A stretch of DNA of 63,986 bases, the filler included, from Hausera hauseri (Eukaryota): NCBI GenBank assembly GCA_046269625.1. It is 11 parts of 11 records of this genome, joined end to end, with 100 filler letters (N's around TTAATTAATTAA, not from the genome) between each part and the next. Parts side by side here need not be neighbours in the genome. Positions count along the whole stretch, not along the records: positions 48,845 to 54,507 come from JBJURY010210744.1; positions 54,608 to 59,560 come from JBJURY010380591.1; positions 59,661 to 63,986 come from JBJURY010633775.1; 8 more parts are not named here. One strand, written 5' to 3'. A program made the translations under genes and the position numbers. The notes below the pieces were generated by a model. It ran no database searches and had not been told where the DNA came from. It saw nothing but the letters and a program-made list of their open reading frames with translations. This document shows positions 48,845 to 61,298 of the stretch, one piece after another. Position 1 is the stretch's first letter. Each line of letters opens with the position of its first letter.

Positions 48845-51197
48845 AAAGAAAAAATGAACGAATGAAAGATCGAACAAACCAAAGAACAAACAAATGAACG
48901 AAGGAAAGATCGAACGAACAAAACAACGAACAAAAGAAAGAACGAAGGAGCGAACAAAAAGTCGTAAAAACAAAAGAATTTACGAAAGAACGAATGAACG
49001 AACGAACGAACGAAAGAATGAAAGAACGAAAGAACGAATGAAAGAAAGAACAAACGAAAGAAAGAACGGAAGAAAGAAATAACGAGAGAACGAAAGAATA
49101 AACGAAGGAAAGAACGAACGTAAGAACGAACGAACGAACAAACCAAAGAACGAACGAAAGAACGAAGGAACGAAAGAAAGAACGAAAGAACGAAAGAAGG
49201 AACGAAAGAACAAATGAACGAACGAACGAATAAAATAACGAACGACAGAAAGAAAGAAGGAGCGGACGAAAGAACGAAAGAAATAACGTAAGAAATAACG
49301 AAAGGACGAACGTAAGAATGAAAGACGGAATGAAAGATAGAACGAGCGGACGAAAGAAGGAACGAAAGAACGAGCGAACGAACGAAGGGACAAAGTAAAA
49401 AACGAAAGAACGAAAGAACGAACAAAAGAATAGAAGAATGAACAAAGGAACGAAGGAAGGAACGAAAGAACGAAAGAACAAACGACCGAACGAAAGATCG
49501 AAAGAAGGAACAAAAGAACAAATAAAAGGTCGAAAGAAGGAACGAAAGAAAGAACGAACGGACGAAAGAAGGAACGAAAGAAAGAAAGAACGAACGAACG
49601 AAGGAACGAATGAATGAACGAAAGAACGAACGAAGGATCGAATGAAAGAACAAAAGAACGAACGAAGGACGGAGCGAATAAACGAAAGAAAGAGCGAATG
49701 AACGAAAGAAGAGACGGACGAACGAAAGAACAAACTAACGAACAAAAGAACGAAAGGAAGAACGAAAGAACGAAAGAACCAACGAATGAACGAGTGAGCG
49801 AACGAAAGAAGAAATGAACGAACGAAAGAATGAACGAATCAAGGAACGAACGAACGAACGAAGAAACGATGGAACAAAAGAAAGAACGAAGGAAGGAAGT
49901 AAAAAACAAACGCACGAAGAAACCAACGATTGAACGAATAAACGATCGAACGAAAGAATGAAAGAAGGGACGAAAGAACGAAAGAACGAAAGAAAGATCG
50001 ACAAAATGAACAAAAGAAAGAACGGACGGACGAAAGAAAGAACGAAAGAACGAACGAAGGATAGAACGAATGATGGAAGGAAGGAACGATATAACGAACG
50101 AACCAACGGACGATGGAATAAAAGAACGAACGAAGGAATGAATGAACAAACGAAAGAACGAACGAATGAACGAAAGAACGAACGAATGAACGAACGAACG
50201 AAAGAAGGAAACAACGAACGAAGGAACGAATGAACGTACGAACGTACGAACGAACGAAAGAAAGAACATATGAACGAACAAAAGAAAGAACGAACGAAGG
50301 AACGAACGAACGAACGATCGAACCAACGAACGAACGAAAGAACGAAAAAATAAACTAAAGGCCGATCGAACGTACGAATAAACGAACGAACGAACAAACG
50401 AAAGAACGAACGAACGAAATAAAGAATGGAAGAGAAAGTGAACGAAGGAAAGAACGAACGAACGAATGAACGGAAGAAGGATGGAATGAACAAAAGAAAG
50501 AACGACCGAACGAACAAACAAAGGAACGAACGAACGAATAAACGAACGAAGGAACGATGGAACAAAAAAAAGAACGAAGGAAGGAAGGAAAAAACAAACG
50601 CACGAAGAAACCAACGATCGAACGAATAAACGATCGAACGAAAGAATGAAAGAAGGGACGAAAGAACAAAAGAACGAAAGAACGAAAGAAAGATCGACAA
50701 AATGAACAAAAGAAAGAACGGACGGACGAAAAAAAGAACGAAAGAACAAACGAAGGAACGAATGATTAAACGAAAGAACGAAAGAAAGAAAGAAGGAAAG
50801 AACAAATGAACAGAGGATCCAACGAAAGAACGAACGAACGAACAAACGACCGAAAGAAAGAATGAACGAATGCACGAACAAACGAACGAACGAACGATCG
50901 AAAGATAGAGCGAACGAAGGAACGATCGAACAAATGAACGAACAAAAAACGAAAGAACGAACGAACGATCGGAAGAACGAACGAACAAACAAATGAACGA
51001 AAGAATAAAATACTGAACGAAGGAAGGAACGAACGGAATAACGAGAAAACGAAGGAACGATCGAACAAACGATCAAACGAACGAACGAACGAACGGAAGA
51101 ATAAGGATGCAAAAGTACAAAAGGTCGGGCGGGCAAAAATAACAAACGATGAAACGAACTAAGTAAAGAACGAAAGAACGAACGAAAGAATGAAGGA

Positions 51198-51233
<36 letters not shown>

Positions 51234-54200
51234 ACGAACCAAAAAACGAACCAAAGAAGAACCTAACGAACGAATGAACGAACGTACAAACGAAGGAAAG
51301 AAAGAACGAACGGAACAGTGATATAATGAACGAGCGAAAATACAAACGAAAGAATGAATGAACGAACGAAAGAAAGAAGAAACAAAAGGAGGAACGAACA
51401 AATGAACGAACGAAAGAAAGACCGAACGAACGAAAGAATGAAAGAACGAACGAACGAACGTAGGAACGCACGATCTAGCGGACGGACGAACGAAAAAAAG
51501 GAAGAAAGAACGAAACAACGAACGGACGAATGGTCGAAAGAAAGAACGAAGGAAAGAAGAAACGAAGGAACAAACGAATGGGCGATCGACGGGACGGACG
51601 ACCAAAAGAAAGAAAAGCAAGAAAGAACGAAGGAAGGAACGAAAGAAAGAAAGAAAGAACGAAAGAAAAAAGAACGGCGAACGGACGAAAGAACGAAAGA
51701 GCAAACGAACGAACGAATAAATGAACGAAACAACGAACGAAACAACGAAGGAAAGAACGAACAAACGAACAAACCAACGAATGAACGAACAAACAAAGAA
51801 CGAAAGAAAAAAGGAATGAACGAAAGATTGAACGAACCAACAAACGAACGAAGGAAAGAACAAAAGAATAAACAAAAGAACGAATGAACGATCGAACAAA
51901 TGAACAAACGAAGGAATGAACGAAGGAACGAACGGAAGAACGAACGACCGAATGAACGAGCGAAAGAACGAAGGACAGAAAGAACGACCGAACGAATGAA
52001 CGACCGAAGGAACGAACGAACGAAAGACCGAAGGAAGAACGGACGAAAGAACGAACGAAAGAATGATTGAACGAGCGAAAGAAGGAACGAAAGAACTAAC
52101 GAACGCACGAACGAACGAACAAACGAACGAACGTACGAAGGAAACAACGAACGAACGAAAGATTGAACGTACGAACAAACGAAGGAAGGAACGAAAGAAC
52201 GACGGAAACAACGAACGAACGAAAGAAGGACCGAACGAACAAAGGAACGAAAGAACGAACGAATGAAAGAAGTAAAAAAAGAAAGAACGAACGATCGAAA
52301 AACGAACGAACAAGGAACGAAAGAACGAACGAAAGAATAAATAAACGAACGAAAGTACGCGCGAGCGAACGAATAAAGGATCGAACAAACCAACGAACGA
52401 ACGAAATAAAGAATGAAAGAGAAAATCAACGAACGAAAGATCGAACGAAAGAACGAACAAGAAAATGAACGAAGGAAAGAAGGAACAAACGAATGATCAA
52501 AAGAAGAAACGAGCGATCGAAATAAAGGACGAAAGAAAGAACAAACGAACGGACAAATGAAAGAACGAATGAACGAGAGAACGAAAGATCGAAGGAAAGA
52601 ACGAAAGGATGAACGAGCGGACGAAAGAAAATAAAAAGAAACGAAGGAAAGAACGAACAAACAAACTAAAGAATAAAAGAAGGAACGAATGGACGAAAAA
52701 AAAGGAAAGAACGAACGAACGACCGAACGAACTAATGAACGAACGAACGAACGGAAGAACGAATGATAGAACTAACGAACGACTGAACGAAGGAACGGAC
52801 GAAAGAAAGAACGAACAAACAAACAAATGTTAGAACGAACGAACGATCTAACAAATGAACGGAAGAACGAACGAACGAAAGAAACAACGAACGATCGATC
52901 GAACGAAATAAAGAAAGAACGAAAGAACATACGAACGACGAACGAGCAAACGAATGAACAAACGAACGAACGAACGAAAGAAAGAAAGAACGATCGAATG
53001 AAAGAACGAACGAACGGAAGAAGGAAAGAACGGACGAACGATGGAACGAACGATAGAGCGAACGAAGGAATGATAGAAGAAACGAATAACCGAAAGAATG
53101 AACGGGCGAATGAAAGAACAAACGAATGATCGAACCAACGAACCAACGAGCGAACGAAGGAACGAAATAACGAAAGAACATAAGAACGGACGAAGGAACG
53201 AAGGAAAGAAAAAACGAACGAAGGAATAGACGAATGAACGCACGGACGAAAGAAGGAAAGAACGAACAAACAAACGGACGAAAGAGCGATCGAACGAAAC
53301 AAGGAACGAAGGAATAAAAGAAAGGACGAACGAAGCAGCGAACGGACGGACGAAAAAAAGAATGAATGAATGAACCAAGGAAAGAAAAAATGAACGAAAA
53401 AACAATCGAATGAACCAGAAAAAAAACGAACGAACGACCGAACGATAGAAAGAACGGCTGAACAAATGAAAGAACTAAGGAAAGAAGGAACGAGGGAACA
53501 AAAGAAAGAACGAACGAATGAAAGAACGAACAAACAAAAGAACGGGAGAACGAACGAACGAACGAACGAAAGAAGGGACGGACGGAGGAAGGAACAAATG
53601 AATGAAAGAAAGAACGAACGAACGAATAAAAGAAGAATCGAATGAAAGAACGAAAGAACGAACGAGCCAAAGAAAATAAAGAAAGAAGAAACGAAAAAAC
53701 GAAAGAACGAACGAACGAATGAAACAACGAACAAACGAACGAAAGAACGAAAGAACGAACGAACGAACGAAAGAAAGAACGAAAGAACGAAGCAAAGAAC
53801 AAAAGAACGAAAGAATGAACGAACGAACGAACGAACAAAGTAAAGAAGGAAAGAACCAACGAACAAACGAAAGAAAGAAAGAACAAACGAACAAACGAAC
53901 GAACGGAAGAGCGAACGTACGAAGGAAAGAAGTAAAGGAAGAGCGAAAGAATAAAAAACGAACGAAATATCGAAAGGACGAACGAATGAATGAACGAACG
54001 AATGATCGAAAGGAAGAACGAATGAACGAACGAGCGAACGAAAGAATGAACGAACGAACGAATGAAAAGTCGAATGAACAAACAAACGAACGAATGAAGG
54101 AAAAATAAAACGAACGAACGAATGAACGAACGGGCGAACGAAAGAATGAACGAACGAACGAATGAAAAATCGAATGAACAAACAAACGAACGAATGAAGG

Positions 54201-54507
54201 AAAGATAAAACGAACGAACGAATGAACGAACGAACACACGAAAGAAAGAAAGAAAGAATAAAAGAACGAACGAATGAACGGAAGAAAGTATGAACGAACG
54301 ATCGAACGAACGGAAGAACGTATGAACGAACGAACGAACGAAAGAACGAACGAACGAACGAACAGACGATCGAACGAACGAAGGACCGAACAAAGAAATA
54401 ACGAAAGAATGAACAAACGAAACAATGAAAGAACGAACGATCGAACGAACGGAAGAACGTATGAACGAACGAACGAACGAAAGAACGAACGAACGAACGA
54501 ACAGACG
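48845..54507 (+). repeat. Degenerate (GAAC/GAAA/GAAT)n tetranucleotide satellite, 5.7 kb
   Basis: The whole contig is built of GAAN units with a strong purine/pyrimidine strand skew. Confidence 0.97.
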
Positions 54508-54607
54508 NNNNNNNNNNNNNNNNNNNNNNNNNNNNNNNNNNNNNNNNNNNNTTAATTAATTAANNNNNNNNNNNNNNNNNNNNNNNNNNNNNNNNNNNNN
54601 NNNNNNN
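54508..54607. other. Artificial contig spacer
   Basis: N44-TTAATTAATTAA-N44. Confidence 0.97.
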
Positions 54608-54811
54608 TTTAACAATGACTTTTACATAGAGTAGCGTATCGTTCAAATCCAGATATTCATTGTCCTATGCCATAATGTTGAATTCAATGTCAGTGTTATC
54701 ATCCGTTGAAACCGAATCAACGGGGCAGATTTCTTCAAATGCCGCATTGTCAATAACAACTAGTGGCGCCGCTTTGTCAATTATACACAATTCAGATTTT
54801 GCAGACGCCAT
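54608..54811 (-). pseudogene. Polinton/Maverick major capsid protein N-terminus (truncated)
   Basis: MASAKSELCII...EEICPVDSVSTDDNTDIEFNIMA*DNEYLDLNDTLLYVKV fits the Polinton MCP start KSEL...IEF.I.....YLDL..T.L. Confidence 0.75.
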
Positions 54812-54818
54812 TTGTATG

Positions 54819-55175
54819 TCAATCGAAAATTATACGACGACGACGTTTGTTTATAGTTGAAAAGCTAGTTAATCTACAACGTTTTCTCAAGCCACTATCA
54901 GCGAATTGTTTTTTGACTGATTCAACGACTCCAAGTGCAGCGCTTTTTATTTCGGACAAGGCGTGTTCCTTCAATGATTGTAAAATTGATTTGTTTTCAT
55001 ATAGTACGTCTTGAGCTGTTTTTCCTGCCACGGCTCCGATACGCTTCAACACCAGAAATGCTAAACGTGCCAATGTACGCAACCATCCAGAGCCATGTTG
55101 TTTACCTACGACATACGGCAGTTCACCGCCCTGCTGGGGTTTACTGTAAATGGATACGATTTCAGAATCAATCAT
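54819..55175 (-). CDS. Polinton/Maverick small basic (core-like) protein
   Basis: QQGGELPYVVGKQHGSGWLRTLARLA motif, basic tail, located between penton and MCP. Confidence 0.65.
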   Translation of the reverse strand: MIDSEIVSIYSKPQQGGELPYVVGKQHGSGWLRTLARLAFLVLKRIGAVAGKTAQDVLYENKSILQSLKEHALSEIKSAALGVVESVKKQFADSGLRKRCRLTSFSTINKRRRRIIFD

Positions 55176-56242
55176 TTTGTTGTTGGATTGGACGGAACTG
55201 AAGAGTTAGACTGGTTGAGGCACCGTACGGAAATTCAATAAGGTAGCCCGAGTTACATCGGATATTCATTTCAACATTGTTTATAGATGCAGATGCCACG
55301 GGTAGGTACATTGGATTATTGAGCTTGACAGTGACATTGTCACCTGCAGTATACTTGCTGTTTTCCGAATAAATTGCTTGGAGTAGCGGTACACGTACTC
55401 CACCGACCAAAATCGGTTCGGTGACGTTTACGTAAATGTACATTTGACTTAGTGCCGTTTTCAGTTTGGGTTTAAGTGTTTCAACATTTGCCACCGCCGC
55501 CCTTATCTTCGTATATGATGTCTCACCGCTGTTTTTCAAAACCCAATACCATGGCCAAAGCTTTGTTCAATGAAATGTCGATAATATCCTTATCCAGTTC
55601 AAATTTAACGTATCCATTTGTATCTGACTCGAAAACTTTAAATATCGCATTATACTTTTGATTGGAAGTGTTGACACAGCTGTACTACAGATTCACAATA
55701 GACATTGTCTCCAATCGAGACGTATGACGTTGATATTTTTCCTGTTATATAGGTAAATTTCACCGTTGTCTAATAATATATGGGACTTAATTTTGAAGCA
55801 ACTACATATCCACTTTTAATATGATTACCGTTGTACTCTATTTTTGAATCCAAATTTCTGCGCCATCTCGGAGGACGGAGAGGTAACAGTAAATTCAAAA
55901 TCTGCCATAAAAACTAAGTTTTCCCTTAAATATAAACACCGATTTTGCCGTGTGAATCGGAACCTGTTTTAGTCGTGCAAATGGCCGATTCTCGAACCGT
56001 TATTTTATTGTCAGTGTCAGAGGGCAAGAATGTGTTTTGGTTTCAGTAACAGTCTTGTACGTTATTTTCATACTACCTTTCAATGTCACCGGAGCATAGG
56101 GAAAGTTAAATTCCGTCAGTGCAACCTCCCATATTCCAGCAGACAAATCCAAAGGATTGTTCCAATCTACAACGTATTCACTGGCGGAATTGTTCGGACG
56201 AGTCGTTGGACAACTGCTCGGCAACACCACGTAAATACTCAT
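55168..56242 (-). pseudogene. Minor capsid (penton) protein 2
   Basis: SIYVVLPSS..NNSASEY..LDL..WEVALTEF N-terminus; YIYVNVTEPILVGGVRVPLL..PMYLPV..LTLQFR C-terminus. Frameshifted. Confidence 0.82.
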
Positions 56243-56281
56243 GATCTCGATGATGATGATGGTGATGACGCAGTTTGTTTA

Positions 56282-57365
56282 TTATCGATGACGACGACGA
56301 CGAAAATGTAGCATCAAATGTGTCTTTGTTCCAAACAGAAATTTAATGGGTTTCCAAAATTTGTCTACCATATACACGCAAATACTGTACACAACATTGT
56401 AAGACAACGATAAATACATGGGCCGGATGATATTTACGTGAGCAGTTTCGCCCGGTGTTTTGTACGTGTCCGAATTTAGTCCAATTGACGCCAATAGTTG
56501 TTTACGATCTCCGCCAACATATACGGGTTCGGTTAGATCCGTTAAAATATTGATTCGATGAAATGCTCCGTAGAGACGTGGTTTGTGTTTAGCAACAATG
56601 GGTCGTCCGCCGCCGCCGGTGTGACCGAATTCTCGTTTCTTAAAACCCAGATTTCGTACCAATAGTTCATCAAAGGCAAAATATGTAACATTGTCATGTA
56701 GTGTAAACGAAATACGACCATCAGAGTTTAATTCAAATGTCCAGAGAGCCAATTTAGCTACTGCCTTGATGGTTGCGCACAATTCTGTTTCCGTTTCCGT
56801 AAGAAAACCCGTTCCTGTTGTATGAGAGTAAAAGAATGATTCAGTCTTTTGCCAGTTCACGGTAATATCCATGGCTTTTATGGTTGTGTTTTCGGAAAAG
56901 TTCAATTTTTCACAAACTATACTATGTCCACCGAGCTGTAGACCTCTAGTGCACATTGGCAGATGATTGAAAACCCCATGCCTGAGCGTCGGCTAGTGAT
57001 TTAAATTGCAATTCAATCGGATGTTTGTGTTTTAGCACCAATCGATTGTTTAAATGAAAAATATAAACCGGGAAATATTGCCGCTTGTAATTGCGAACGT
57101 GAAATGTTCCATTAGAGTCTCGGACTAACTGCAAACGACTAGATGCAGGAGATTGTCTTACTAGAGTATAGTATATTCCACTGTTCTCACGTATTGTTAT
57201 TGGTGAAAATGTAAACGTGAATTCCGCCAAAGCCACTTCCCAGGCTCCCTGGAGTAAGTCGAGCGACTGGTCCAACGCCATGGTAAACCGTTCAGCGGTA
57301 TTGTTGTTGTTGTTGTCATGTTCTGATAATCGGTTACTATCAAGAACCAAATAAATGCTTATCAT
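56282..57365 (-). pseudogene. Minor capsid (penton) protein 1
   Basis: SIYLVLDSN..NTAERF..LDL..WEVALAEF; C-terminus ILTDLTEPVYVGG..LL..PMYLSL..LMLHFRR. Frame break at ~56950. Confidence 0.82.
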
Positions 57366-58395
57366 TCAATCTGCGATGCAAATATCCAACTCGTTGTAGT
57401 GCATCTGTGCCACTTGCCGAGATATTGTTTATTCGAACTTTTGCCGCGTGAGCGTAGAATTTCCTGAATGCGATACATCAGGTTTTTCCCGTAATACTTC
57501 CAGTTCCTGTTCGTGAAATTTGCCACGTATTTCGTCACCATTTTCATCTAAAACATAAATAACAGGTGTTTGATTGCTAAAATTCGGAAAACCTCATCGC
57601 TCCAGTTCTGACTGAAATTCTTAATAAATGGTGTCGTACGCAGCTTTGAAATACGTACATAATCACCGATTTTATACTTGGGACGTTTAATTAGTCGTCG
57701 TCGTCGTTGTGTTAGGTTTTGGTAAAGCCACATGTCCAAATCATCGATTACATCCACCGGCCGTAATCCATTGATGCCACGATGTGTTGAATGATTGTAT
57801 GCATAAATAATATCCGGCAGTACATCTACCCAGCGTTTGTTTCCTTGCTTCGTAAAGAATTTGTTTAGGCGACCGCGCAATGTTCGGTTAAATCGTTCAA
57901 CGAGTGCAGCCTTGTATTGGGAAAACACGGAGTAGTAATTTACGCCGAACCGTTTCAAGACCGCTGCAACGTGGGCGTTGTAGAATTCCGTAACCAAATC
58001 CGTTTGTAAATGCTTCGGTTGTTGTTGTTGTTGTTGTATGAGTGTCTGGACAGAGTCGGCAATCTCTTTATCGGATTTAGATTTCACAGCAATTGCACGT
58101 GCAAAACGACTAAACACATCAACGCACGTCAGCACGCACGGATACCCATCGTTGATGCTGGCGTACGGAATCATTTCCACCAGATCCATTTGCCATACAT
58201 TATTTACACCGGCAGCACGGTATGCACTAGTTGGAAACTGCCTTCTTACCGGTTTGTTTAGGCTGTATTCTAACTGTTTCCCGAACCAACTTTGGTCTGT
58301 TGCCTACTCTGTTTGACAGTCTTTGCCAGTTTGTCGACGCCAATACACCCGACAAGATGACGCGGATCAAACCACACGTCGCACGTCGTTGTTGT
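57362..58395 (-). pseudogene. Polinton/Maverick retroviral-like integrase with a chromodomain-like end
   Basis: WQMDLVEM, LTCVDVFSR, LQTDLVTEF, VERFNRTLR, YKIGDYVRI..NWSDEVF, KQYLGKW. Frameshifted N-terminus (WFDPRH..GVDKL). Confidence 0.92.
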
Positions 58396-58605
58396 CGATG
58401 GTGCCGGTTTTGCTTGCATTGCAACAATTAGAACGAAACTTAAATGAAAGATTCCGTCAACTGGGACAGAAAGATGAAAACCATGCACCCATATTGCAAA
58501 TCACCATATACTTACCGTCATTGTTTATACTATGCTGCAGAACCAATGACGTGACAATCGGTAGAATTGTATACCAAAGAATCCGCCGTCTTGCTGGTAA
58601 ATGAC

Positions 58606-58839
58606 CTATCGTTTCAGTCGTTTACTACGGGCGTTGGCAAGGCCAATGAGTCGTTTTCGATACTTTAGAAAATTCCGCTTCCCACTACCAATGTCAACGT
58701 GACCCACAACGATATTGTACAAAATTTCCATCAAACCCTCTACTACAAATTGTGGGAATGATCGCAGCATGTTTCGCTTGTGTCTCGTAAGCGCCTTGAG
58801 CAAAGCAATAAAGTACGGCTGAGTACGTTTGAATCGCAT
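58606..58839 (-). CDS. Conserved small Polinton protein between ATPase and integrase
   Basis: ..LMEILYNIVVGHVDI...KYRKRLIGLA pattern and position. Confidence 0.55.
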   Translation of the reverse strand: MRFKRTQPYFIALLKALTRHKRNMLRSFPQFVVEGLMEILYNIVVGHVDIGSGKRNFLKYRKRLIGLANARSKRLKR

Positions 58840-59039
58840 TTTTGGACGTATTTATGCTGATGACACGTAGTTGTTTATAACCGTTGCCACTGTGACGGTA
58901 ATTTGCGTCTAGTTACTGCTGCTGTTGTTCGAAGCATGGTATTGATTAATCGCTTTACTGTAGCGTTTCGTTTTGATACACGTTTCTTGCCGGATACCCG
59001 CTTGGTAGGTTTACGTTTAATAATTGTTTTTCGGAAATT

Positions 59040-59560
59040 CTTCATTTTATCACAGTCATGTCGTCGGGACACTGTTGTGTAAAGTCGATGAACAAGTATC
59101 CGTGTGGCTCGATCATAGTATCATCATGTGCATCTATCAAGTTAGTTCGATTGTGAGGAAATGCTTGTCGTGAAACATATTCAACGATAGTCTGATTACA
59201 GGAATTTTTGAACAACACCAAATAGTGTACGTTTGGATTTCTTGTTCGATGCTGTCCGCCCTGATGGAACATGTTTTTGCGTAATGAAAATAACCGTCAC
59301 ATCACAATGTCGTGAAATCTTCGTGAACAGGTTGTTGAATTCCGATTGTTCGTAGCTTCCTGAAATAATTCGTCTATGACAATAACGTAACCGTTGCGTA
59401 ATCGTTCAGACCAGTTCTCATCAAACCCATCAATTACCTTTATCGATTTTAATTTACAAAATTCCCGACTCACTATACCGGACTCACTATCATCAACAAC
59501 ACCCTGATGCCAGTAAATGTGATTGTATCGCGGTGAATGGAACATGTCACAGTAGTTCTG
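59040..59560 (-). pseudogene. A32-like packaging ATPase (C-terminal part)
   Basis: IVIDEL (Walker B), LFTKISRH..VIFITQ, NVHYLVLFKN, HGYLFIDF. Frameshifted; Walker A lies beyond the contig end. Confidence 0.85.
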
Positions 59561-59660
59561 NNNNNNNNNNNNNNNNNNNNNNNNNNNNNNNNNNNNNNNN
59601 NNNNTTAATTAATTAANNNNNNNNNNNNNNNNNNNNNNNNNNNNNNNNNNNNNNNNNNNN
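59561..59660. other. Artificial contig spacer
   Basis: N44-TTAATTAATTAA-N44. Confidence 0.97.
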
Positions 59661-60714
59661 TTAAAAAAAAACTCAAGTAATTACCTTGAATAATTACTGC
59701 TACTGCAAAAAGAAAATATTCCGTTATCGTTACTGGCAATACGACTGGCACGATCAGTAAATATCCAATAATAACAAGTAGAGATGCGACAGTCATGGGA
59801 AGACTCCTCCGCAGTAGGCATTCGTCAGTAGTAAGAACTGAACTCGCATGATTCTCCCATTATCCGTGGACGGAAGTGTACTTCCAGATTCTTCTTTTCG
59901 AGTTTTGAATATGTAAACTTGTAGTAATACTCATATTCCAGTCTTTCTTCATCTTTAGATGAAGATTAGTGGAATTTGAGTTTCTTTCTTCTTTTTCGAC
60001 TACACTGAAACATTCCTCGTGCGCGCGACAAGATCGCTCTGTCAGAAAAAATTTTCGGCATGACGTCCTGGCAAAATTCCATCAAGAACGGATCCTTGAA
60101 AAATCCCGGCCCGCCTCAAAGTTTCGAAAATTACCGATATCCTGGCAACCCAATTCCCGGTCCACTTCCGGAGAGCTTTCGGTATCTCTTGCTCCGCATG
60201 ATTTTCTGGGCTGAGTAGGAGTTTTGGCCATTTCCATGCCGATACCGCCATAGTGCACGGCATCAACAATGCGGCTCAATGCAGCGTTGTCTCCTGTCCC
60301 ACGTTCTTTTCGTCGGCAGCATCCTTTTGCCACACTTAAAACAATATAAGATGGTATAAAAATAGGAACGCCACAAACCGCACAGCTTGGCGAGCTGTGC
60401 AACTCAATTCTATCTGACACCGTCGAGTTGGGCGGTGACGTCCTTGCGACGCCTTTTCCGGCCCTCCTCCCGTGGTCCGCAAGATGCAAGTTTTGGACAT
60501 CCACCGCCGTTAGAGCAGTTTTGTTTTCAGGTTGTCCACCCCTTCCTTACTGTTTTTCATCGCAGGCGTTATCTCAGCAATTATGAAACATTAGTTTTGT
60601 AAAGACCGTCTAACGGCAATTTGCTTCTGCCCATGATTTATCAGTATATTTAAATCGTGTTATGTTCCTTATCACCATGTTAGCATAGCCCAGTTCGGCC
60701 TCGTCAATGACCAA

Positions 60715-61298
60715 AATGTGAAAAGTGAAAAAGTGCCTTGGCAACTGTATCCAAGAGCGCATCTGACTCGAGTATTTCACTGAACGATAGTACATTAAGT
60801 AATGCACCTGCCAGAATATGTGCCATATTGATATTATTGATTTTCAATTTATAGCGGAAAGGCCTATGGGAAGTCTGTCCCAGTTAGCAATTATTCAAAA
60901 ACCAATCAATATATTTAAATTCTAACTGCACATACACAGTGCATCATGTGTACTACCGATTTCACCCGGTGCCAGGTGCCAATAATCAATATTGTGAATA
61001 TCGGAAATCAGATATTATTGATTTTTTCACATTTGTACTGTGCACCAATTGATGTGCACTGACGTGCACTATCGACTAGCACTTTGTCCCGATCGATTCA
61101 GTCAATTGTGCAATGTGTAGCGATCAATTTGTCAAATGTGCAAAAATGTGCATAGCAACGGTGCCTAGAGGCACTTGCGCCTAGCACATTACCGATCGAT
61201 AATGCACATAGTGCACTATCGATTAGCACGTGCACTATCGATTTATCGACGCGCACACCCCCGGAATGGGACAGAACATACATTTTTCCCCTACTGCT
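60715..61298. repeat. Polinton/Maverick terminal repeat (second, diverged copy)
   Basis: Homologous to 26810-27412; ends tacatttttcccCTACTGCT. Confidence 0.7.

Noticed and set aside
48789-54555. Long F/S/R/V-rich and E/R/T/N-rich ORFs (up to 721 aa)
   Set aside because: Translation artefacts of the GAAC/GAAA satellite; open in many frames.
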